NCBI RefSeq assembly: GCF_018350175.1
Contig: NC_058373.1
Location: 101,496,001 to 101,560,000 of the forward strand
From: Felis catus
Taxonomy: Eukaryota
Direction: 5' to 3'
DNA: 64,000 nucleotides
Every line of letters begins with the position of its first letter. Positions within the stretch are counted from its first letter, which is position 1. The notes under the pieces are model-generated. The model saw only the letters and a list, made by a program, of their open reading frames with translations, made no database searches and had not been told where the DNA came from. The translations under genes and the position numbers were made by a program. Below are positions 12,925 through 25,045 of this stretch, one piece after another.

Positions 12925-13620
12925 AGGCAGAGGTCACAAACTGGCTGCCGGAGCCTCCAGACAGCCTAAAGACATGTTCATGTGGACAGCATGTTGTTCT
13001 AAAGACCAAGAGGTTCACAGCAGCATTATTCACAATAGACAAAAGTTGAAAGTAACCCAAGCATCCACAGATGGATGAATGGATAAACAAAGCATGGTAT
13101 TTACATACAATGGAATACTGTTCAGCCTTAAAAAGGAAAGAAATTCTGACCCGTGCTACAACAGGGATGAGCCTTGAAGACATTACGCTAAGTGAAGTAA
13201 GCCAGTCACAAAAGCACAAATGTATGATTCCGCTTCCCTGAGATACCTAGAGGAATCAAAATCCTAAATACAGGAAGTGGAATGGTGGTTGCCAAAGACG
13301 AGGGGGCAGGTGGAATGGGGAGTTACTGTTTAATGGGGGCAATTTCAATTTGGAAAGATGAAAACACTTCTGGAGATAATTTCACAACAATATCGATGTA
13401 CCTAATGCAACTGAATTGTTGCACTTAAAAATGGTTGAAATGGTAAATTTTATGTTATGTATATTTTGTCATGATAAAAAGAGATTTTTACACTAAAATG
13501 GAGATTTCCAATTTTCCTAGAAACACAGAAATCCAAGTAACTGTTAACATTAGCCAGTATTCCTGAATGAGAACAGAGATTGAAACTGAGTAGCCCCTGC
13601 ATGCTTAATGTATGTTTCAG
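12925..13620. mobile_element. hAT-Charlie MITE (MER102-like) split by an L1 insertion
   Basis: cagaggtcacaaactggctg terminus at ~12927; continues after the L1 at ~13490-13620. Confidence 0.5.
13012..13480 (+). mobile_element. L1 (L1MA/MB-like) 3' end
   Basis: gttcacagcagcattattcacaatag...gatgaatggataaacaaa...ctaagtgaagtaagccagtcacaaaa...cacttaaaaatggttg: ORF2 C-terminus plus 3'UTR. Confidence 0.9.
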
Positions 13621-15381
13621 GTTCCCATGGCCCCCACTTCTCCCTCTGGTCTTCTGCCCATTCCACTTCACCCATACGGACTACCTGCCAGGCCCCTGAA
13701 GTCTTCTGGTGCTCTAAGGGGCCCCCTGGATCGCTCACCCGTGTGCATACGGCTTTCAAAGACTTGCCTACAATCAGATTTTAATGTGCAATACCACAAT
13801 TAACACAGTCTATCCCAGGCACAGATGAGGTGAGGTGAGAGACATAAGCCAGCATCCATGACAGAAACGTGATGGAGAAGCCCCTCTCCTGCAAGATGAA
13901 CGCTTGCTACTCTCTTCCACCTACCCACCTTGGGGACAAGACAGTGGATGTCACACTGTGGAGACCTACTAAGTCATGCTCCCTTACTCTATAGTTGCAA
14001 ATAGGGCTATAAGCAGATGCTTACAAGTGAACTAGAGGCATTTTTTAGAAGTTTCATATTACCCATTTTTCTGATACTGACTTTGTATAAATTTATTACA
14101 GATTTTGTAGCTCAGAGTCAAGGAGCAATGAATTTAAGAATCTTTATTGAAGTCTGGATTATCCCCACACTGTGAACGTTCCTTCTGAGCCATTGACTGT
14201 CTAAGGGTTTTTCCTCTTAAATGCTACTGTCAAACGAGCATTTTAAAACATTTATCAAAAACCAATGACTGCAAACTTCAATCTGTACATTCCATACAAA
14301 GTAAACCCCCGTCTAGTGCTGATGCATAAATGATGTGTTGGTTTAATCTATTTTTCACAGGGGGTGTCTGAGAGTAGGAAAATTAAAAACAGGTAGAATG
14401 GACTATTATTACTGTCCCATAGTGTGCTTTTTTACATGAGGTCTGGATTAAGATAACATCTGGTCTATATTTCTTGAACTATTTCCCTTTTATCACAAGA
14501 AAAATCGGCAACCCATCTCACAACTGCTCTTAATTTAGATCTAAATATCACTGATGAAACATTGTACAACATGCTGTTATCTATTAAAGTGATTTCCCTG
14601 AAGGAACAGTTGATACTTTTATATATTCCAGCAAAGCTAATCATGCCAGGCCCCCTTAGTAGGACTTACCTTATAATCATATGTTCAAATGTTCCACCTA
14701 AATCACTACTTTGGTACCAAATGAGTCTTACTCTGAGATTGATTTCACTGCATTGTTAAATACAGTGCCCCGGCCTGAGAGTCACAAATGATCAAGAATC
14801 CTTTAGGAGTACCAAATTTTTCTCTGGAGCAAACAAGCCATTGTTCCCTGCACACCGTATACTATGGGCTTTCCAGGGGCCCTTGCAAGGGAAAGACAGC
14901 AAACTGTTTTCAGCACTTTTCAGAGTTCAAGTCCTATACAATGTAGTATATTGATTTCACAGAATAAAAACTCCTGGGTTGGGTTTTTTTTCCAGAATTG
15001 TATAAGTTACTTCCACAGATAATAAATCAGGAAAGTATTTTCTCTAAAATTATTTTGCATACCTGTGGTGCACATTCGTTTTATTCATCGTAAACTACAT
15101 CAAGACCTAGAATCACAGAAGGTAAGCCTATGCATCAACCAGTTACATGGGAAATTGCTTTCTCCAATCCCCACCTTTAATTTGGAAATATCATGTGTTC
15201 CTGATTTTTTAAAAAACACAAGAGACCAAAACACAGAAAAATCATAGGGGTTAAAAACCTCAAATACAAGTAATTCTTGGATAACTGTGAAAATACAGGA
15301 ATGTTCACTACAGTAGAAAATGAAATTAGAAATGCATTACATATAAAATACAGAAAGATTAGAAACAATAAAAATGTTTCC

Positions 15382-15604
15382 TTTTTTTTAATTTTTTTTT
15401 TAAAGTTTATTTAGTTTTGAGACAGAGAGAGACAGAGCATGAACGGGGGAGGGGCAAAGAGAGAGGGAGACACAGAATCGGAAGCAGGCTCCAGGCTCCG
15501 AGCCATCAGCCCAGAACCCGACGCGGGGCTTGAACCCACGGACCGCGAGATCGTGACCTGAGCCGAAGTCGGACGCCCAACCGACTGAGCCACCCAGGCA
15601 CCCC
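15382..15604 (-). mobile_element. Felid Can-SINE (SINEC_Fc), young
   Basis: Full length, CpGs largely intact, TSD taaaaatgtttc at 15369-15380 and 15605-15616. Confidence 0.97.
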
Positions 15605-18333
15605 TAAAAATGTTTCTTAATAGGAGACTGATAAATTGAATTATGTTACATGTATAATATGGAAATCTTATAGCCAGGAAATAAGGATAAAGAATATTTG
15701 TATGTACTAAGGAAGGATCTTCATGATGTGTTAGGAACAACACAACATGAATAGTTTGGTATCATTTTGTTCTTGTCATTGAAAAGAAAAAACAAAAATA
15801 GCATATATGTTGGTGTGTATGTAAAAGAGGTCTGGAAGAATTCACATCAAACTGTTTTCAGTGATTAACATTAGGAATAAGGAGGGAAGAGAGCATTTTA
15901 TAAATTCCTGTGGATTTTCTAGCTTTTCACAACACACATATACTACTTTCTAAATTAAAAAAATATATATATATAAATGCATTGAAGATAAAAAGCAAAT
16001 AGGACAGAGATCAATTAGCCATTCCTTACAGGAATAAATCATAAGAAGGGAGGTGGCTGGTGGGGAAGGGTGGGTGCCTGCAGAACAGAGCAAGAGGAAT
16101 GCAATTGACAGGCATCCTGTCATCTTGTATTTTTTGGAGGGAATTCTGAGAATAAAAAGCCTTTGGAAGTTATCAGCGGTCAGGCTGGAGCCATTCATTT
16201 TTCACCTGCCTGTGTTTGTTGTCTGGCAGCCAGTCAAGGGTGCTATTAGCAGAATTAAGATCCAGAAGAAAAGATTATCCCGTAGAAGGCAAGATAAGGG
16301 CCTGGAAAGTGTGGCTGGTTATCAATATCACAATACCAAACAGGTCAGAAAGGATTCCATATAGGTTTCACTTGGAGCAGGTAATCTCTGCAAAAATAAT
16401 GGAGTGACTGTTCTTCCAAAACACTTCAGTACTGCAACACACTGCAGTTCGTTTAAGATAAAGCCGCAGTTTTACCAAGAGCCCCACAACTACATTAGGC
16501 TGCAGAGTGGATAATAAAATCCTGCAACAACATTCTTTTATTCCCCCTTATTCAGTAGCCCTAGGTAATGAAACAGCCTTCCATCTCTCTCCCAAGATCG
16601 TTTTTGATATTTTGAATGGTATACTTTCATTCATTTTTCTTCCCTTCTCTCTGAGAAAAGGTCTAAATGGAATTGCATAGCACGACTTGGAGGAGCAGTT
16701 ATAACATTATTTAAGTATTTAATTGTTAGGCGATTTTTTAAATCACCAGTAGTAGTGTGGGTTCAAAGCAGCAACTCTTGTCTAGGGAGGTTTTGCCACT
16801 CTGGTACCGAAACATGTGTTTTCAAACAATGAATTGCAACGGTGAGGGTTTTGAGTTCATGTCAGCGCTGCAATTTACAAGAGTTCACATACAGCATGAA
16901 CTTACATAGCATTTCACCATGTTGACTATGAATCATTCAATTTTAAGCTCTGCAGCATATGGACAATTGCAAAATGCGAAGAGGTAAGAAAACACGTTTG
17001 GTATTTCCATTTTATGTATCTCATATTGGAAATAAATGGCTTTGTTCTCTCAACTATTTTTCATCTAAATGGTAAGGGCTCTTTAATTTTGTTTTTTTCT
17101 TTTTCTTTTTAGCAATTTCAACTAAATAGACATTTGTTTGTTCAGCTAAATAATATTTCACTGTACAGACTGTACTATTTGTACACAGATGGAGTGATCA
17201 ATAACTAGCAGGTTATTTACTTTGAGTTGTAATTCTACCAGTGGTAATGGATTGACACTGGTTCATCCCTCTAATACTTCTTCATCAATAAAACACATTC
17301 CCAAGATAGTTGCAGTTAAGGGAAGTGTCCAACCATTGACAGAACAGCCAGAATAAAGATTGTGGCATTACATCACCAATCGAGGTAACCAAGCACACGC
17401 TTAATGACCCAGGAGCCATCAATTTACCAATGAAAAAACAAAACCAACATACATTTAAAACATAAATGGGCTTTGATATTTCTGTATAGGCATAACAGTG
17501 AGTCTGCTATAGCAATACCTGAAAATGCCCCCATTTCAGCAATGACTTTCAAAATCTTATCAAAGTTATATTGTGAGTAGGAATGAGACTATGGTATACC
17601 CATAAGAGGTGAATACCTTCCACAATATGTTGATTCCTTCTCCCTATTTTTTCATCTACATTCTAAAAAAGGACATTACAAAAAAGTAGGAAACTGTGGT
17701 GATTGAGTATGAAGACCCTCTTTTAAACAGTTTTTAATTACTAATACATGAAAACATTTTAATCATTTTTTAAATGCCAACAATACAAAGGTATGCAGAA
17801 TAAAAGCAAAAGCGTCCCTCAAACACCCCAACCCCTCCCCCCCCACAAAATACACATCACACGTCCCTCCTCTCTGGTAACAACGGTTAGCAATGCAAAA
17901 AGTATGTTACAGACCTTTTTCTATGTATATACATACATGTATAATGGAAAAGAATTTTTTTTAATAAATGAGATTATACTATATGTATGATTTTGTAGGC
18001 TGTTTTTCTTCAACAGTTTGTCTCACACATCATTCCAGGTCAGTATATTTAGGCCAGAAGTTGAAAGCTAGTAGCTCACAATTCACAAAATCTTTCCAAT
18101 TTTTAAGATTTGTTTTCAACATACAGAAAGCCCATATTTCCTTTTTTTTTTTTAATGAAAAGATACAGTAACACTGTACCCAATTTGCAACATGAACCAA
18201 TGAGCCACAAGAGTCCCTGTAGTGGGACCTACATTCTCGGCACACCACAAGCTCTGCCACCCCCAGCCCCATGTCCTGACTGGAACTCCAGCCCTCCAAG
18301 CTTGCTACCCCTGGTTAGATATACATCTGTGTT

Positions 18334-18513
18334 GGGGTGCCTGGGTGGCTCAGTTGGCTAAGTGCCTGACTTCAGCTCAGGTCACGATCTTGTAGTTCGT
18401 GAGTTCAAATCCCATATCGGACTCCATGCTGACAGCTCCTGGCTCAGAGCTTGGAGCCCAGAGCCTACATCTGATTCTGTGTCTCTTTCTCTCTCTGCCC
18501 CTCCCCCTCTCAT

Positions 18514-18554
<41 letters not shown>

Positions 18555-18580
18555 AATAAACATTAAAAAAATTTTTTTAA
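18334..18580 (+). mobile_element. Can-SINE
   Basis: ggggtgcctgggtggctcagt head, (CT)n tract, A-rich tail. Confidence 0.96.
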
Positions 18581-19837
18581 AGATATATATCCATGTTGTT
18601 CTTTTAAAAGATTGCACAATACCCCATAATATGATGCACCATAATTTATTAAATCATTTATCTGTTTATGTCACATTTTTAATGCTCAAGCTTCCATGCT
18701 ATATTTGGTTGAGTAGAACCAAATTTCATATTCAGAAATGAAATTCCCCCTTTTTTATTTGCCATCTTATTTTTTCCTGCAGTCTGAGAAGATCCTGAAT
18801 CCATAACTGATAATGCCTGAACTGAAAATACAAAGGACTGTTCAATATTTTTCCCTTTGAAAAATGATATTGTAACTGAGAGAGCAGAGGCCCAGGGATA
18901 GGGAGTGGAGGGGGTGGGAGTGGATTCCAAAAGATAAAGAAAACTTAATCCAAACACTGGGATGGATTCAATGTGTTATTTAGTTAAATCAGGAGTTTTC
19001 TCTTTAAAAAAAAAAAAAATTGTCTCTGGCTTAAAAGAAACAAAGACCTACCGAATAATTAAAATATTCTCTGGTATTTTCATCAGTTCTATCTGTTCTC
19101 ATTCTCCTTTTTCCCCTTTTCTATACCCCTGGCTCAAAAAATCTCTAAGAGCATATAAAGTTCCCATCACAGGGGTTTGCAACTGTGAAAATGGGATGGC
19201 AATCCAAAAAGTTCAAAACGTATTCCTCTAAAGTGATGCTGTTCATATGAATACAGCTGACAGACTTCTAATAAAGGGGCCAGATCACAGTTACAATTTA
19301 GTATCTATGGTAGACACATGAGCCAAAAATCAAAGCACATGCAAAAGTGGAAAGGAGCTAGAATTTTTTTTTTAAAATAGTCTATCAGCCAAAATAAGAA
19401 ACACACATGGAGTGACACAACTGCTATTCTCAGAGGAATAGGATTTTTGCCTATGTAACTGGACGGAAGGTAATAGTGCTGCTCAAATAAAAAGGAGACA
19501 CTCAGACAAAATTTGCCCAACTCCCATGGCTGTTTTCTTGCTATTCAAATTCTCAGAAAACCCCAAAACTTGCCATTTTTTTTCTAGTGGGCTGCAGAAG
19601 ATACCAGAAGTAGAGAAATTTTACATATAGCTAGTCTTCATGAGGATCATATTTATCTGGTACATATTTAGTACTTGGAAATAAACCAAAGCCTAATAAT
19701 AGTCTATTGTTCAATCTGTCTTTCTAGCTGAAATTAAACTTTAATGATTCTTTACCTGCAGGCTTGAGATGTTGAGATAAAATATATGTATCTATTGAAC
19801 CTCTTCTATGTGCTCAGGTATAAAGAATAATCACCTT

Positions 19838-20080
19838 GGGGCACCTGGGTGGCTCAGTCGGTTAAGGGTCTGATTTCAGCTCAGGTCATGATCTCACAGT
19901 TCGTGAGTTTGAGCCCCTCATCCGCCTCTGTGCTGACAGTTCAGAGCCTGGAGCCTGCTTTGATTCTCTGTCTCCCTCTCAGTCTCTGCCCCTCCTCTGT
20001 GTGCGCTCACATGCACGCACACGCTCACTCGCTCTCTCTCTCTCTCTCTCAAAATTAAATAAATAAACATTAAAAAAAAC
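19838..20080 (+). mobile_element. Can-SINE
   Basis: ggggcacctgggtggctcagtcgg head, (CT)n, A tail. Confidence 0.96.
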
Positions 20081-20249
20081 TAAAGGTAGTCATCTCTGAT
20101 TATTTTCAATAGCATTTAAAAGCCTTATGGAAGACAGCAATACTACTGTTGGGACAAATAATTTTAAACTAAAATCACATGTCTATTTTGAAATAACCAA
20201 TCATACATTTTTAAAGTCACTTTACTGCTTGTTTGAGCTTCTTTTTAAC

Positions 20250-21120
20250 ATTTGTGGCTATATTCTCTATGCTGCACTTTACTCCCCAATACTTAACTAT
20301 GTTATAACTAGAAGTTTGTACCTCTTAATCCCCTTACCTATTTTGCCTTTCCCCTTATCTTTTATCCCTCTGGCAACCACCGGTTTGTTCTCTGTATTTA
20401 TGAGTTTGTTTCTATTTTGTTTTGTTCGTTTGATTTGTTTTTTAGCTTCCACATATAAGTGAAGTCATACGGTATTTATCTTTTTCTGTCTGATTTATTT
20501 CACTTAGCATAATATCTTCTAAGTCCATCCATGTTGCTGCAAATGGCAAGATTTAATTCCTTTTTGTGGCTAAGTAATATTTACACACACACACACACCA
20601 CATCTTCTTTATCCTCTATTGATGGACACTTAGGTTGCTCCCATCTTTTTTTTCAATTTTTTTAATGTTTATTTTTGAGGAAGAGAAAGAGCATGAGTGG
20701 GGGAGGGGCCAAGAGAGAGAGGGAGACACAGAATAGGAAGCAGACTCCAGACTCTGAGTCGTCAGCACAGAGCCCGACGCGGGCTCGAACCCACAAACTG
20801 TGAGATCACGACCTGAGCTGAAGTGGGACGCTTAACCGACTGAGCCACCCAGGCGCACCAGGTTACACCAATATCTTGGCTGTTGTAAATAACGCTGCAA
20901 TGAACATAGGACTGTATATATCTTTTTAAATTCATGTTTTCATTATCTTTGGATAAATATGCTGAAGTGGACGTACAAATACACTGGATTGTAAGGTAGT
21001 TCTATTTTTCATTTTTTCAGGGGGCTTCATACTGTTTTCTGCTGTGGCTGCAGCAAATTACGTTCCCACCACCAGGGCTGCCTTTTCTCCACATCCTCAC
21101 CAACGCTTGTTATTTCTATT
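20250..21120 (-). mobile_element. L1 3' end, interrupted by a SINE
   Basis: ttccacatataagtgaagtcatacggtattt...tccatccatgttgctgcaaatggcaag...tctccacatcctcaccaac is antisense L1 ORF2 end/3'UTR. Confidence 0.9.
20646..20858 (-). mobile_element. Can-SINE nested in L1
   Basis: Reverse-complement SINE ending gagccacccaggcgc. Confidence 0.96.
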
Positions 21121-21262
21121 TGAGCTATTAGTGATATTCCAGGAAACTAAAATCAAACTTTTCAACTTGACACAAAAAACACCTTGCACTCCTCACAGGA
21201 GCATAGGACCCTGCGCTGACTGGAACACCTGGGCTCTGCAGCTGACTTAAGAGGCACCATGC

Positions 21263-21511
21263 GGGGCGCCTGGGTGGCGCATGGGGCGCCTGGGTGGCGC
21301 AGTCGGTTAAGCGTCGGACTTCAACCAGGTCACGATCTCGCGGTCCGTGAGTTCGAGCCCCGCGTCGGGCTCTGGGCTGATGGCTCGGAGCCTGGAGCCT
21401 GTTTCCGATTCTGTGTCTCCCTCTCTCTCTGCCCCTCCCCCGTTCATGCTCTGTCTCTCTCTGTCCCAAAAAAACAAATAAACGTTGAAAAAAAAAATTA
21501 AAAAAAAAAAA
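21263..21511 (+). mobile_element. Young SINEC_Fc with duplicated 5' head
   Basis: TSD aagaggcaccatgc at 21249-21262 and 21512-21525; intact CpGs; long A tail. Confidence 0.97.
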
Positions 21512-21799
21512 AAGAGGCACCATGCACAGAGCTGCTCTAGGGTATGTAGAACACAACATTCTCTTTAGAAGAATAACAGAAATGCTTGCAATTCCTCAAA
21601 ATAGTCCCTTCCCCATCCTTTGAGGTTACAGATAAAATGAAAGGTATCACTTCAGGCTATCTTTAAATGAAATCTCAAAATATCTGCTCCTTTCCTATTA
21701 TTAATATCAAACAGGTCTCAATAAAAATATTTTTAATTGGAACCCCTATGATATTTCAAAAGTGGCAAAGAAAACTGGTCTCAAAAACTCAAAGTCTCA

Positions 21800-22019
21800 G
21801 GGGCGCCTGGGTGGCTCAGTCGATTGAGCATCTGACTTCAGCTCAGGTCAAGATCTCATGGTTTGTGGGTTTGAGCCCTGCATCGGGCTCTGTGCTGACA
21901 GCTCGGAGCCTGGAGCCTGTTTCAGATTCTGTGTCTCCCTCTCCCTCTGTCCTTCCCCTGCTGTGCTCTGTCTCTCTCTGTCTCAAAAATAAATATTAAA
22001 AGAAAAATTTTTAAAAAAA
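21800..22019 (+). mobile_element. Can-SINE
   Basis: Canonical head, CT-rich body, A-rich tail. Confidence 0.96.
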
Positions 22020-22651
22020 TTGAAATCTCAGAAGGTGATACAGGAGTTGGAGTCTCTCAGAGCTACTCAGGCCTGGCCATGCCTGTGTCTCCCTGTGGTC
22101 TAAGCTGCCCTTCCGGTCAACATGTAGAGGGGTCAACGGCTGATACCCTTATCACAGAAACATCATGCAAATACTGGCGCCTATACGTGCCAAGCACTGT
22201 GTTACGGACTTACGGTATAAGAATGGGCAAGTCATGAGATGTATGTAGTACCTGGGCAGACAGATGAAAATATAATTCCAAAGCATCCACTGTAGCCAGT
22301 GCCAGGATAGAGATATGCATGAGAGAGCACAGAGTAGGGACTAACTTTTGATGGAGAAGTAGGGAATGGTGAAGGAAAGCAAGAAGACGTGGTATGTTAG
22401 GGTAAAGGCAAGAACTGCTTGGTCCAATTCTGGTGGTCGCTTATCCACTAGCCATCTGTTTGAATCCTAGCAGAGGTCTGCAGGTTGATCTCTCAGAGCT
22501 GTATCAAAAGCATAAATCTCCTGGCTTTGAGAGCATCTGTTTGCATTCTCTAGCTATCTTACAATGATTTCACCGGGTGATGAAACCAGGTAATGATTTC
22601 TCTTCCCGTCCTCCAGGCTACAGTAGAAGCAGTTACGAGAGGGAGAGCTGA

Positions 22652-22674
22652 GGCAGGGGAGATACCATGATCGT
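22652..22674 (+). pseudogene. Tailless U1 snRNA fragment retrocopy (U1 nt ~11-31)
   Basis: ggcaggggagataccatgatc is a 21-nt match to recalled U1 snRNA; flanked by the perfect 15-bp direct repeat gagagggagagctga (22637-22651, 22675-22689). Confidence 0.8.
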
Positions 22675-23249
22675 GAGAGGGAGAGCTGACCCCAACGTGT
22701 CTCTGCTTACATATTGTCCAGAAACACCACAGTTTTACTTCAACAAAGTATGTGCACATATATAAGTTCCAAAGACTCATGATGAAAGAGGGAACACGGA
22801 AATATGTTCTGATGAGTGTTATGTTCCATTTGAATGCTGCTATCTGGTTATCTTGTTTGAGCCAAGTCTAACATATCCTTGAATTCACAAATACACCTCC
22901 TCAGGTGTTAGCCCAAAAAAAAAAAATCTCTGCTCAGTTTCCCATTGAGCTTCTTTGGTTACACAATACATTTCTAAGATCTGTGTTAGGAAACAATACA
23001 AGATACAGTGGCCTGTTTCATATTACCTAAGGAGCAGCCTGTATTTATCCTAACAGTTGGGACATCCATAGAACTATGAATTCTCTACTCAGCCACAGCT
23101 TTAAACTTCTACACACAACTTTTACCCTATATGAAACACTGCAGTGCCTGTCTCTTTTAAAACAAGCTAAGTAGGAGGAACCAAGAGTTTCTAGGAATCA
23201 TGGCATGGCAGAGAAAACTATCTCAAAACACAAATTTAAAAACAACAAA

Positions 23250-24000
23250 ACACTTTCTTTTTTTGCCTACCAAATGGCTAAGGATTAGAAAAGCATCAAT
23301 AACCAGTAAATACAAACAGAAAGAAACCAACATATATAAACATTATGAATAAGACTGAAAGTTGTTCCAATCTTTGAGAGGCAATTGGACAATATGTGTC
23401 TAAACATGTACACCATCTAAACTATCAATTTCATTTCTAGGAATTTATTCTAAGAACCTAACCAGAGATGAATCCAAGGATTGATGCATTAAAAAGTATG
23501 CCTTTTCAATATACCTAAAAAAACAATTAAATGCCTAACATTTAGAGATTGGCGAAGTAAAGTGTGGTACATCCTTATATTAGAGCATTGACATTTTTTA
23601 AAAGGACATTTAGTAAGGGGTGCCTGGGTGGCTCAGTTGGTTGAGTGTCCGACTTCGGTTCAGGTCATGATCTCACAGTTTGTGAGTTCAAGCCCCGCAT
23701 CAGTCTCTGTGCTGACAGTTCAGAGTCTGGAACCTGCTTTGGATTCTGTGTCTCCCTCTCTGTCTGCCCCTCCCCCACTTGTGCTCTGTCTCTCTCAAAA
23801 ATAAAAATAAACATTAAAAAATATTTTTTTTTAAAAAAGGACATCTAATAAAACAGAAAATGAGATATTACATGGTGGAAAAACAAATTACAGAACACTA
23901 AGTACAGTATGATTATAATTTTTCAATTCACACTAATGTACTCACATAAATATATCTAAGCACAAAAAATGGATTGAACATATATCCTAAAATATTAGTG
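23250..24000 (+). mobile_element. Ancient L1ME-like fragment (interrupted by a SINE)
   Basis: gcaattggacaatatgt...caatttcatttctaggaatttattctaag...gtgtggtacatcc resemble the decayed L1 ORF2 3' region. Confidence 0.6.
23617..23836 (+). mobile_element. Can-SINE
   Basis: Canonical structure; imperfect TSD aaaaggacat(t/c)ta(g/a)taa. Confidence 0.96.
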
Positions 24001-24052
24001 TTTTTATATATAATATGATATAAAACATATTGTATCATATGTGATGAGAATA

Positions 24053-24276
24053 TTTTTTTTTAATTTTTTTTCAACGTTTTTATTTATTTTTGGGACAGAG
24101 AGAGACAGAGCATGAACAGGGGAGGGGCAGAGAGAGAGGGAGACACAGAATCGGAAACAGGCTCCAGGCTCCGAGCCATCAGCCCAGAGCCTGACGCGGG
24201 GCTCGAACTCACGGACCGCGAGATCGTGACCTGGCTGAAGTCGGACGCTTAACCGACTGCGCCACCCAGGCGCCCC
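24053..24276 (-). mobile_element. Young SINEC_Fc
   Basis: Near-identical to the other young copies, CpGs intact; TSD gagaatat. Confidence 0.97.
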
Positions 24277-24503
24277 GAGAATATATATTTTAATATAATA
24301 ATTATTATATATAATATAATATATAACAATATTATATATATGCTTAAAAAACAGACATGAGGTTTTATAGGAAAACACAAAGTGAATCCTGACAAAAAAA
24401 TGGCAAAGTAGAAAATTTATTTATATGCATCATGTCAAACACTTTGGGGTATAGACAATCTGATTCCTTAAATCAAGTTTATTCTACAATATTAAAAAGG
24501 GTA

Positions 24504-24715
24504 GCATGCCTGAGTAGCTCAGTTGGTTAAGCATCCAACTTTGGCTCAGGTCATGATTTCATGATTCGTGAGTTCAAGCCCCACATCAGGCTCTGTGCTG
24601 ACAGCTCAGAGCCTGAAGCCTGCTTCAGATTCTGTGTCTCCCTCTCTCTCTGCCCCTCCCCCACTTGTACTATGTTTCTCTTAAAAATAAATAAACATTA
24701 AAAAAATTTTTTAAA
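24504..24715 (+). mobile_element. Can-SINE
   Basis: Diverged head, ctcaggtcatgat...ttcaagcccc B-box region, A tail. Confidence 0.95.
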
Positions 24716-24821
24716 GGGTATAAATACCAATGTTCAATGCCTCAAAATAAAAAGGATATTTCTACTTCTTCCCTTCGCACAAAGCAAACTACTCACCCTT
24801 GCTAAGAAACACACTTATGTT

Positions 24822-25045
24822 GGGGCGCCTGGGTGGCGCAGTCGGTTAAGCGTCTGACTTCAGCCAGGTCACGATCTCGCGGTCCGTGAGTTCGAGCCCC
24901 GCGCCAGGCTCTGGGCTGATGGCTCAGAGCCTGGAGCCTGTTTCCGATTCTGTGTCTCCCTCTCTCTCTGCCCCTCCCCCGTTCATGCTCTGTCTCTCTC
25001 TGTCCCAAAAATAAATAAACGTTGAAAAAGAAAAATTTAAAAAAA
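24822..25045 (+). mobile_element. Young SINEC_Fc
   Basis: TSD aagaaacacacttatgt at 24804-24820 and 25046-25062. Confidence 0.97.

Noticed and set aside
21128..21559. Recurrent ORFs such as GAWVAQSV.. / GQRETEHERGRGR..
   Set aside because: Translations of Can-SINE sequence, not a gene family.
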